A DNA stretch of 62,674 nucleotides, filler included, from Vannella sp. (Eukaryota), in NCBI GenBank assembly GCA_023345925.1. It is 5 parts of 5 records of this genome, joined end to end, with 100 filler letters (N's around TTAATTAATTAA, not from the genome) between each part and the next. Parts side by side here need not be neighbours in the genome. Positions count along the whole stretch, not along the records: positions 45,340 to 54,829 come from JAJQQN010000957.1; positions 54,930 to 62,674 come from JAJQQN010001406.1; 3 more parts are not named here. One strand, 5' to 3'. Position 1 is the stretch's first letter; each line of letters starts with the position of its first letter. The position numbers were made by a program, and so were the translations under genes. A model generated the notes under the pieces. That model was not told the origin of the DNA, searched no databases, and saw only the letters and a program-made list of their open reading frames with translations. Shown piece after piece: positions 46,224 through 56,253 of this stretch.

Positions 46224-48245
46224 ATGTTGAGAGTTCCCCACATCACCAACCAAACCTGGTCTCTGGAAGTACTGCATGACCTCATCAAGCACTTCTGCCC
46301 AGAGGGAACGAGGCTTTCAAAGTCCAAGAAGAAATGCATCCGCCGTCTCAACACACAGTCCGCCGAGAGAGGTGCTGAAGTGTTTGATTCTTTAAGCTGG
46401 AATACAATGGTTGTAGTCTTTCTCCCTTCAACAGTCGACCCCCTTACCAGAGTATCAAAGTTGAGGGCTCAACTGAAAACGTACTACACACCTGAAGCGA
46501 CCCTGCGGAAGCGACCGCGTGGAAGCGACCAGTTCTCATCTCAACCAAACAAACATCGAGCAGTTGAGGGTGCTGATGGACCGCGGCATCTTTCGGATGT
46601 GAACGAGCCAAGTACACCAACCCCTCCCGATAAGACCGTCGAGGAAGAGATTGACGCGCTACCAATTGGCAGGAAACTTAAAAGGAGAATCAAGGCCACA
46701 CTGAAGCAGGAACGCCAGGCCACTCAGGCCGCCACTCAGGCCGCTCGGGAGGAGGAACGCAAGGCGATAGCTGAAGTTTCTGCTCTCCGAGGGTTCGCAA
46801 CCCTGTTTGAGTTTACCCAGCGCGATCTACAAACAATCTCTTTAACAGCGAGTTCTCGAGGAAGCAATGCGGGTACCATCCCTTCCAAAGGAGAGAAGCG
46901 CGTCCGGTACGATATCATAGAAGAACCAATCGACAACTGGGAACTGCCCACAACTACTCCTACCGACGATCACAAGATACAGCAGATCCTTAAGAATGTT
47001 GCTTGGGTGACTGCGCTCCGCAAAACTCTTGCAATCCTGAAGAATTATACCACTCGTGACAAGGAGAAAGGGACTCCAGAACCGGTATCGAAGCTCTGTT
47101 GTCACATGATACTGGCGGTGATAGTGGAAAACGGATTCCTCTCCTCCAACCAATCTTGGCGCCCTGAGCCATTCAAGACCACTGAAAACAAGCTTGGTCT
47201 CACATTCGAAAAGCTTTTCCCTAATCTCAAAGTGGCCACGAAAGGCGGCACCCCTGGCTCAGAAGACACGCTCGGCCGAATTCCCGACTCAGCGTTCTTT
47301 AGCAACCAGCCAGGAGTTGTGGAACATCGCTACAGGTGCGTTCAGCGCCAAACGACTCTGCCATGCGAATGGAAGAAGGCTTTCTTTGTGAACGATAGGG
47401 GAACTCCCTTGGATCCCTTTTACAAAGCCATCTCTGAGGTGAACCAAGATTACGCGCTCTCCCTTCGCTTCGGATGGGGCCCTGCGTATGGTGTCGTCAG
47501 CGACGGGAAGAATTGGTACTTCCTTAAAACAGCCTTGCTGAATACCACCGGAAAAGTCGAGTTTTCCACTGTCCGCAGCGAGTTATTCCCACTCCTTGAA
47601 GGAGATTTAATCGAAAATCTCAAAGCACTCTTGAAAGCGTTTATTCGGATCGCTCGCTTCTCTTTCGAAACCGAACACCTGCAATACTTGGATTTGGGTG
47701 AACAGGAGTTTAGCATCTTGAATTACCGATTTAAATCTCTCGTCAACGTCAATGGCCACAGCGTGGTGGCTCGCTACATGGACCCTGAAGAACAAATGGT
47801 TGTGTTCAAGATTGACACAGCTTTGCCTCATAGAAAAGATCAGAGTTGTCGGCTTATGCACGAGATCGCCATCGTAGATGAGCTCCAAAATAGACTTCGC
47901 AACGTCGTCCGGAAATTACCCACGACAGATTTGGAGGACCTTGGTGTCCTTTCCATGGAAGATGGCGGCCAATGCCTTGAAAAATTGTGCTTATGCTGTG
48001 CTATTACCAACAAGAAAATCAAAGATGCAGTTAAGAGAGACATCGGCGACGCGTTGGACTCCTTTCATGAAGTGGGTATGGCGTTTGTTGACTTACATCC
48101 AGGCAACATCCTGTTAAAGGAAGTGGGCGGTGAGTGGAAGGCCAAATTAGTGGACTTCGAATCCGTGCGACCCTTACCAGGACTGGAAGGACAGCGCGGG
48201 CTGCAACTATTGCCATTTTACCAGCGAAATGCTGGCGCCACTTAG
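46224..48245 (+). CDS. PD-(D/E)XK nuclease-fold + protein kinase-like fusion (Crinkler/CR-effector-like); possible frameshift near 3' end
   Basis: REase-like GRIPDSAFF..LPCEWKK..AISEVNQDY..AYGVVSDGKNWYFL. Kinase-like VVFK, LMHEIAI, LSMEDGG, FHEVGMAFVDLHPGNILL and LVDFES. Confidence 0.72.
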   Translation: MLRVPHITNQTWSLEVLHDLIKHFCPEGTRLSKSKKKCIRRLNTQSAERGAEVFDSLSWNTMVVVFLPSTVDPLTRVSKLRAQLKTYYTPEATLRKRPRGSDQFSSQPNKHRAVEGADGPRHLSDVNEPSTPTPPDKTVEEEIDALPIGRKLKRRIKATLKQERQATQAATQAAREEERKAIAEVSALRGFATLFEFTQRDLQTISLTASSRGSNAGTIPSKGEKRVRYDIIEEPIDNWELPTTTPTDDHKIQQILKNVAWVTALRKTLAILKNYTTRDKEKGTPEPVSKLCCHMILAVIVENGFLSSNQSWRPEPFKTTENKLGLTFEKLFPNLKVATKGGTPGSEDTLGRIPDSAFFSNQPGVVEHRYRCVQRQTTLPCEWKKAFFVNDRGTPLDPFYKAISEVNQDYALSLRFGWGPAYGVVSDGKNWYFLKTALLNTTGKVEFSTVRSELFPLLEGDLIENLKALLKAFIRIARFSFETEHLQYLDLGEQEFSILNYRFKSLVNVNGHSVVARYMDPEEQMVVFKIDTALPHRKDQSCRLMHEIAIVDELQNRLRNVVRKLPTTDLEDLGVLSMEDGGQCLEKLCLCCAITNKKIKDAVKRDIGDALDSFHEVGMAFVDLHPGNILLKEVGGEWKAKLVDFESVRPLPGLEGQRGLQLLPFYQRNAGAT

Positions 48246-48830
48246 AACCGCCCAGCAGAAAAGATTTTGTCACAATCAGCAACTCAACGCCGACCAGAGA
48301 CACCGATGCAGCCAGCTTTCGAAGAGTTCTCGATTGGATTGAAGAACAAAAATGCTGACCGGAACTTGCGTGCTATCTCAGAAAGTTTTATCCTCCAATA
48401 AACGATAATCACTTGAAGCGGTCCGTCGTAAGTTTTTTTCAACAGCGATTCTTGAAGATAAGAATGTTATCCTACCCAGGAGCAGCTACCACGAGCAGTT
48501 ACCATTGTTGGGCACTATCCCTAAGGTGGAGCATCAAGCAGTTGAATAGCACACAGTTCGATGAAGGACCCAACTACCAATCAGAGACCAACAAATGTGA
48601 TGGGTTCACTTGTGCTGACAGGACATCTTCAAAAGTTCTAGAGATTACATCGAAGCTGGGAAAGGTGTTTGCGAGTGAGTATGGGAGATAGATGAATCAT
48701 AGGGTTATGTTATGTATGCGGAGCCTCGCATGGTGTGTTGGAATCTTCTCTGTTGTGGTGAGTCCCTGAGAAGCAACCGTTTAGTAAAACCAAAAAATAA
48801 AGGAATTGAAAGATCTTTAACCTGCCAGAT

Positions 48831-48991
48831 CTCATTGGGGAGAAAACCCCCGATTTTTCACACTTTTTTGGGGTCGAGCCATTATGTATAGTTTTATATT
48901 TTACACCTTCTGGGAGAAGCAAAAAATAGGATAAGAGCAACCAAGCCCATTGCCAGGAAAGTGTGAAAAATCGGGTCTTGTCCCCAATGAG
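48831..48991. mobile_element. 161-bp MITE-like/foldback element with 36/34-bp imperfect terminal inverted repeats
   Basis: Left arm 48831-48866 ctcattggggagaaaacccccgatttttcacacttt versus reverse complement of 48958-48991 ctcattggggacaagacccgatttttcacacttt; AT-rich interior; no clear TSD. Confidence 0.6.
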
Positions 48992-49005
48992 TTGTCTGCG
49001 TCGCA

Positions 49006-49353
49006 ATGGCGGAAGAGCCCCAGATCCCCTTCTGCAATGATCCATTGGGGATCAGACCAAATGGGACTAGCACCGTTGGTTGCACCAGAGACCCAATGTG
49101 TTACATACAGAAGAATGTCGAAGAGCTGATCCTGAGTCGACTTTTCAGTGCTGGCTTCAAGGCGCTCTGGGACAAAGTAGATGCGGTGGAGGGACTTGTT
49201 CTCTCTTTGGACGCCAAGGTACTCGCTTTGGACACCAAGGTACTCGCTTTGGACACCAAGTTTAACATCTTGTTTGTCCTCATCTTGGCATCCATGGCCT
49301 TGACCCTTCTGTTGGCCTTCTACCCTCCCTCTCGCCCATTGGTGTCCATTTAG
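49006..49353 (+). CDS. Small head + heptad coiled-coil + C-terminal TM protein
   Basis: 115 aa; KVDAVEGLVLSLDAKVLALDTKVLALDTK (21-bp tandem repeat) followed by hydrophobic FNILFVLILASMALTLLLAF. Confidence 0.65.
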   Translation: MAEEPQIPFCNDPLGIRPNGTSTVGCTRDPMCYIQKNVEELILSRLFSAGFKALWDKVDAVEGLVLSLDAKVLALDTKVLALDTKFNILFVLILASMALTLLLAFYPPSRPLVSI

Positions 49354-49721
49354 GCTCCAGACTGCACGAAGGTTGATCAAACCCCAAACAAAGAAGCATC
49401 CCTCACTCCATAAACACCACCTCGTTCGCAGGACTCTCATTCCACATTGATAAACGCTGAGTTGTGAGGAGACTGGGAAACCTCCGTTTCGGAGCCACTC
49501 TGCACGTTGCTAGCGATCCATCATCTGTCAATAACCTCTGTTTGTCACTTAAGTGGTCGACGAACGACACCTGGAACGAATCAAGGAGCTCATTCATAGA
49601 CCGTTCCTCCAATGGTAGCCACTTTGAGGTCTTTTTTTTTTGTGTGGAAAAACGGGTTTTAATAAGGGAGCCCTGCACGTCAACAGTGTGAACGAAGAAT
49701 ACAGCATTTCTTCATATCTTG

Positions 49722-51048
49722 ATGTCGAGGAGGAACGAGCTCGCCTTCGCCTTTTTGGAAAGGCTGTGTCCTGCACCTCGCTATGGCGTCGCTCCAATGG
49801 TAGATGCAAGTGAATTGCCCTTCAGAATGCTCTGCCGCAAGTACGGAGCGACGATCGCTTGGACGCCCATGTTCCACAGGTTCGTTCCCGTTCTCGCTCT
49901 CCCCTTCCTTGTGCTAAAGAGACCAGTCGACTGTTCATCGAGAGGAAGACGTACCGACACAACATCTTCACCACTTGCCCTGAAGATCGCCCGCTTGTTG
50001 TCCAAGTGAGTTCTCCGCTCGTGATCGCCTCTCGCATCACCTCCTGGCACTCATAGCGGCATCAGTTCTGCGCAAACGACCCGCAAGTGCTCCTACAAGC
50101 TGCCAAGTACGTCGAGAACCAATGCGATGCGGTGGAGATCAACTTGGGATGTCCTCAAAACATCGCCAAACGGGGCAACTACGGCGCCTTCCTTGGCGAG
50201 CAGTGGGATGTTGTCCAGTCTTTAGGTGAGATTCAACAAGAAGCACAGTCACAGAGAATCTGATTAGGGCTGGGACGGAAGTGGAGATTCTGGCACAGAA
50301 TCTTTCCGTTCCTGTGTTCTGCAAGATCCGGATTTTGGAGTCTTTGGAGCGCACTTTGGAGTATGCTCGGATGATTGAAGCTGCAGGGTGTACTTTGCTG
50401 ACGGTTCATGGTCGGACAATCGATCAGAAAGGCCACAACCAAGGATTGGCAGATTTTTCGTACATCAAAGCGGTCAAGTAAGAACGATTGAAGTGTTCGC
50501 AGTCCCATGATATTGATTGCTTGTCAGAGAGGCTCTTTCCATTCCTGTTTTCTCTAACGGAAATGTTCGCACTTTGGAAGAGGCCAATGCTTCTCTTGTT
50601 GCCACTGGCGCAGATGGAATGATGTCTGCTTGTGGACTGCTAGCAGACCCAGCGTTATTTGCTGGTGGAGGAATTCCTCCGGAGCAGCTTGCGAAAGAGT
50701 ATTTGGACTGCTGTCGCCAGTATCCAACAGAAATCCACATTATTCGGGGCCATCTCTTCAAGATCCTTCTTGTTGTGTAGGTCCGCCTGCGCTCGTCCTC
50801 TTTTCTGACAACTCGTCAGGCTTAGAGTTCACTGCGACCTTCGAGAGAGACTGAACGACATTGCATCTTTGGACGATTGTGATGATATCCTCCGTGAACT
50901 AACACAAAGAGTTCAGGGGGATACTGCCTTGCCCATCTTAAGCGCAGAGATTGCTGCAAAAAAGAAGCAGCGCGTTCTCCAAGCACAACAGAATGCTGAC
51001 TTGACAGATAGGGAGGCCTCCACTGGTATTGACAATCTGTTTGCTTGA
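49722..51048 (+). CDS. DUS1: tRNA-dihydrouridine synthase DUS1-like; multi-exon
   Basis: [72 protein letters not shown] and SNGNV. Confidence 0.93.
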
Positions 51049-51633
51049 CACCCCCACCTTGGAATGCCTTGCAATCGAACTTTCTTGTTTCTTTGAAGAT
51101 AAACCGGTTCACATTTGAGGTATCGGCTCCAGCCTGTTCTAATATAGAGGGTGTTGAAGAGCGCATAGGACTGGAGGGTAAATAGAAGTGTCTGTTAATG
51201 AGAAAGGAGGCTTATGTATCCAAAGGGGAGGACACGTTATCGATAACTTGTCCTCAATACTGCAATGCAGGGGTTTTCAGATCATCCTGGATCGTAAGGA
51301 GCCAAATACTTTGAATAAATCGATAATACATAAAGAATTCGTGTACTAGCGATGCTGGAAATGACTTCTGGTCCTAGTTGTTCGCCTAATCCTCTCGGTC
51401 CCTTTTTTGACTTCCTGTTCACCTTCTAACCATTCAGGATTCTCATTCATTTGGGGGCGACCAATGCGCGATAAGTCGCCCACGCTCATGGATTCCCAAA
51501 CGGACCCACAACCAACGATTATTCAAAGCAACTCCTTTTTGCAAATTCCTTGGAATCTGATTCCGGGTTCCATTTATTTGTGGCTGCGAGTTGGACAAAG
51601 ACTTGCGGATCAGGCTGTAGACGTACACAATCA

Positions 51634-54344
51634 ATGGCAGATAAAGGTCTCAAGGAAGAAGAGACTGGCAGCAGTTTAGAGAAGGAAAGAGAGAGGGCAG
51701 AGATCAAGAGAGTGGACAGGGAGCCAATGAAGCCGGGGGAGATCTTTTGCTTGATCGACGCCTCATGGTTACGGCAATGGAAGGCCTTTGTGAGATATGA
51801 TCCTTCTCCTCTCTCCAAACAACCATCGCTGAAGCCTGGACCAATCGACAACACTGGTCTTGTTGATCACATCAAGGACCGCACCAACACCCTCCCTTCC
51901 TCACCGACTGTGCCTTCTCTCAAACCTCGCCTTTACCTGGGACATGAGCTCTTCGCTATTCCCCAAGAAATGTGGAACTTACTCTTCGAGTGGTAAGGCC
52001 TCTCGCCCTTCCATTTGTATCATCTCACTCTTCCTCTTGCGCTAGGTATGGAGGAGGACCCTCTTTCCAGCGATTAGTGATTGAAACAGGGTACATGCGC
52101 ACCCTTAAGGTTGAGGTCTACCTTCTTGAAGTCGAAGTTGTGCACAACGCCTCTCCCAACACCATTACGAGCTTCCACTTCTCCAAGGGAACGATTGTGT
52201 CGCTCATGAGAGACCAAGTCTGTGAAAGCCTTCAACTTGATCCAAAGAAGATCAAAGTGTTTCGGTTTAGTGCCAAAATGAAGTCAGCTGAGCTTCCATA
52301 TGATCAAACTTTGGGCGCAGCATTGACAACAACCTCAAAAGCTCTTCTTCTCTTTGAAGAGGACGGGTTCATCACCCCTCAACCAAGCTACCTTCACCGC
52401 GAACAGATATCGATGTACTCCAGTGTCAATGCACATGCTGTCTGCACTAGCCCTAACCAACAAGAAATTCAAAGTTCAAACGCTTCCAACACCGAATTAA
52501 ATTGGCCTCTCAAACACAGGGGACTATGTGGTCTTCGGAATCTTGGCAATACGTGCTACATGAATGCAGCTCTACAATGCCTTTCTCACACAGAAAAGCT
52601 TTCAGAATACTTTCTCAGCAAGAGATACCTTGAGGACATTAATGAATTAAATCCGCTGGGCCACAATGGCGACTATGCTCGATCCTTTGGTGACCTTTTG
52701 GGAGCTATGTGGTCTGGAAAGCAAATCGTTGTTCCAGGCGACATCAAGGTAAGCAAGCTTGTCTCTTTTGCCTTTTGTGATTCCTTCTTCCTTTCCCTGA
52801 CCAAAACAAAGGATATCCTTTCCAAACATGCTCCTGAATTCTGTGGTTTTGATCAACACGACGCCCAGGAGTTTCTCACAACAATTTTGGATGGTTTGCA
52901 CGAGGACCTGAAGAGAGCTGAACAGAAGATAGAGGGCAACATTATGCAGAAAGGTGCTCCAGAAACAAAGCAAGCTGCTGCCCGTTGGGCTGAGCATTTG
53001 TGTGAAAATGGATCGTTTATTATTGACCTTTTCGCAGGGCAATTTAGAAGTCAAGTTTGTTGTGGGAAGTGCAACCAAACTTCGACTACTTTTGACCCTT
53101 TCATGTACCTTTCCTTGCCAGTCCCCCTGAATATTCTGGCTACTTGTAGGATTAAGGTTTGGTTGAAGAAAGAAGAGCGACCTCATTACTATGAGTTCAG
53201 ACTCCCACCAGGATGTTCTGTAAATCACATGAAAGAAGCAATCTCTGCTCCTCTCCAAATCAGTGCTTCCTCTCTTGTACTAACGGAAACATCTGGCCCT
53301 TCTATAATCCATATTTACAAGGATGACGAAAAGTTACCGATTGCATTCGCTAATTATTCCACCAATTTAATGGCTTTTGAACTTGAGCCATCACCCCATC
53401 AAATACTGGTCAAAGTGGAGGTCATGGGCAAGACTCGACACCTTTTCCATTCAGCTAGTGCTAATGGTCCCCCTTTTCCTATCTATGTTGGTCGTACATG
53501 TACTCTCCAGGAGTTGTATTCAGTGTGTTGGGAGAGATTGAGAGTGTTCTGCACTGAAGAGCCTAAAAAAGAACCAGAGCCAACCTCGTGGATCAATCTT
53601 TCTCGGAAAGAGTACTTGCACACTGAATCACTCCAAGGACTTCCACTGCATCACGTCATAGAACTCACCTCAAACTGCACGATTATTGTTGAGTGGTCTC
53701 AACCAATGAAAGAGTCCTTTCTGGTGAGTCTTGACTTCAATTTTACAGATTTCCCTTCCATTGGCTCACTGATTGTTCAGAAAGCTGAGTCTCCTTCGAA
53801 TCGCTCCTTTGTTGACCCAGAGACCTCCACCAGAGCTGGAAGTTTGGGCGAGTGTTTCACAGAGTTTGTAAAAACCGAGAATCTGGGCCAAAGTAACTTA
53901 TGGTCGTGTCCATTCTGTCAGGTGTTGGTGGAAGCATCAAAGAAGATGGACGTTGTCCGCCTACCACAAGTACTAGTCATCCATTTAAAGCGGTTTGCTA
54001 GTACCAGAACCTCTTCGTCTGGAAGCAAAATTAACACTCTGGTCACCTTCCCTCTGTCTTTTGACGCATGTACCTATGTGACACCACAGGAGAGCTCTCC
54101 CCTTTGGTATGATCTCTACGCAGTCTGTGTGAGTCTTTCAGGGCTTTCTAGATGAGATCGTTATTCACTCACCAAATAGAACCACTCTGGAGGGCTCGGG
54201 AGCGGGCATTATCATTCATTCTGTAAAAGCAAAGAGGAAGGTGAATGGTATCATTTCAATGATAGCTCAGTCCATCTCGTGAAGGCAGACCAGCTGCAAA
54301 CTCCAATGGCCTATTTACTCTTCTATCAAAGGAGATGCGAATGA
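51634..54344 (+). CDS. Ubiquitin-specific protease, USP4/11/15 type (DUSP-UBL-USP); multi-exon; start may be 51488
   Basis: DUSP FCLIDASWLRQWK..PGPIDN..WNLLFEW|YGGG; Cys box GLRNLGNTCYMNAALQCL; QHDAQEFL; His box NHSGGLGSGHY..WYHFNDS in the last exon from 54180. Confidence 0.93.
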
Positions 54345-54467
54345 AGATGAAATAATGAAGATAATGAGTGTTCACGGCAATGAATTCTCCTCTCAAGAGA
54401 GAATTCACCGCCCCTCTCAACCACATCCGCTGAACTCCGACTCCACTCATTATCTTAAAGGTACAAT

Positions 54468-54730
54468 TTATGGTAGTGCCTTTGTTAAAACGTCTGCAAG
54501 CATATTTGAAGTAGGACTGAAATCAAGATTGATGATCTCGTCTTCTACTGCTTTCCTCGAATGATACCGAAGGTCAATGTGCTTGGACCTGGGATAGAAT
54601 TGGCCAGTTTTCGATGCTAATTTGATGCATGCTGGATTATCCTCATTGACTGTTGAGGGCCCGGGCTGTGGAAAACCTATTTCGGCAAGGAGATTGCGTA
54701 AATACATTATTTCCTTGACCACAGATGAAA
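54468..54730 (-). mobile_element. Ty1/copia retrotransposon RNase H remnant
   Basis: VVKEIMYLRNLLAEIGF..TVNEDNPACIKLA..FYPRSKHIDLRYH..SPTSNMLADVLTKALP; PPT-like ttgagaggggcgg|tg at ~54406-54420 on the minus strand. Confidence 0.88.
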
Positions 54731-54829
54731 TGGTGTTGGTGGGATGATGTGCCTGCAGGCCGGGATTCGAACTTGAGGGGATCAAGCATTGCATCCCCTC
54801 GTTCTTGTGGGACACAAGTCGGACCTTTC

Positions 54830-54929
54830 NNNNNNNNNNNNNNNNNNNNNNNNNNNNNNNNNNNNNNNNNNNNTTAATTAATTAANNNNNNNNNNNNNNN
54901 NNNNNNNNNNNNNNNNNNNNNNNNNNNNN
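54830..54929. other. Artificial contig spacer
   Basis: N-TTAATTAATTAA-N linker. Confidence 0.98.
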
Positions 54930-55661
54930 GTGTCTGAAATGATGGTTCAGGCCAACAAGGCCGTTGCCAAGTGGATGATTGCTCGCAGAGAAGAGGGAAT
55001 CCTTCTTCGCGGCTTCGCACAAGTATGCTCCAGTGTCTCTTCCAGTGATGAAGAATCGGAAGAACCAGAGAATACCAGCTATTCCAAGCGAGCGGGGCCT
55101 CTAGTGACACAGGTCGGGCACTTTTCTGAGTATCGGCACCCTCAAATGGGGGTTTCCTGCTACTCCCAATTCACCTCTCCCATCCGCCGATACACAGACT
55201 TGCTAACACACCGACTTGTTGTCTCTTTGCTCGCAAACGAAGATCTCCCTTACAGCCCTGACGAGCTTAGGGAGCTTGTTTCCAACCTCCCAACCAAGAG
55301 AAATGCCATGATGGAGAAGGACTGCAACTCCATGAGGGCTTACCGGAAGGCTCTGTCAGTCTCACAGAGACAAAAGGCTTCCATCGTGAAGATAACCAAG
55401 TTCCGTGTCGCCCTTCGAGTTCCTGGTGATGCCACAGAGCACTCCCTCAGTTACAAGCAGGCCCTCAGTATTGGACAATCCTTCACTCCAAATGACGAAG
55501 AAACCTGCACTGTTCTCAGCTGGACTACAGAAGGTGGCCAGTCCTGCCAGACTCGTCTACAAATTGGCTCCACAGTGGAAGTCGAGTCTATTCCCACTCT
55601 TCTCTCTCACGCTGGTTGGCCAACCATTCAGCTGCGATTGCACCCCAGCAACGATGAATAA
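54930..55661 (+). CDS. RNB (RNase II/Dis3-family) exoribonuclease, C-terminal fragment (5'-truncated)
   Basis: SEMMVQANKAVA and YSQFTSPIRRYTDLLTHR, followed by a possible S1-like tail. Confidence 0.85.
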   Translation: MSEMMVQANKAVAKWMIARREEGILLRGFAQVCSSVSSSDEESEEPENTSYSKRAGPLVTQVGHFSEYRHPQMGVSCYSQFTSPIRRYTDLLTHRLVVSLLANEDLPYSPDELRELVSNLPTKRNAMMEKDCNSMRAYRKALSVSQRQKASIVKITKFRVALRVPGDATEHSLSYKQALSIGQSFTPNDEETCTVLSWTTEGGQSCQTRLQIGSTVEVESIPTLLSHAGWPTIQLRLHPSNDE

Positions 55662-56253
55662 AGCCCCATAAATACGAAAAAAATTGTTGATTATTTTCTT
55701 AACTCTTTCAGTCTCAATTAAACGTCCCATCACATGGATGAACGCACAGCAAGTTCCCGACTTTATGAACGGAAACAGAATCAAGACCAGGATGAAACAT
55801 AAAGCTTCCTATCATCGAGGTGAACAAGCCTTCAACTACGTAGGAGGTTTATGAGAGGTAGGTTGAAGGGTTGGTACCAACAAAGGTTGTAATTGGAAGG
55901 TTCCTTCAGCGGCCTTCACGTCTTGGATTCGTCTGTGATTCACTTGTGAGTGTCAACAAAGGATGCAAAAGTGTAGCCCAACAGGCGTAAAAGGTCGGAT
56001 ATGTGCAAGTAGGTCTCATTGTGAGAGTTGCAATTTGAATGGCCTGGCACTCACTGAATAACTCCTCAAAAGCGGGACTGAAAGAGTTCAGGATTCATTT
56101 TATCGAACGACTAGAGTCCTTCAGTCCAAGTTCAGCAGCAACTACTCGGGAGTAACTTGCATCAATTCATCCTAAAGCTTGCAACAGACCAACGTGAAGT
56201 TATCCTTTTGAGTTTATCGCATTCGGTGAACATAGGCAAAGGGGAGGCGGAAA

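Noticed and set aside
48413..48760. Short ORFs between the REase-kinase gene and the inverted repeat
   Set aside because: No recognisable motifs or consistent exon chain; a gene call cannot be supported.
54745..54790. Bona fide tRNA gene on the minus strand
   Set aside because: A B-box is present but the T-stem and anticodon arm do not form a cloverleaf; kept only as tRNA-like.
55662..56253. Short palindromes and hairpins (gttggtaccaac ~55870; ggactgaa..ttcagtcc ~56076-56127) as an ncRNA
   Set aside because: The stems are short enough to occur by chance, and I recognise no RNA family motifs.
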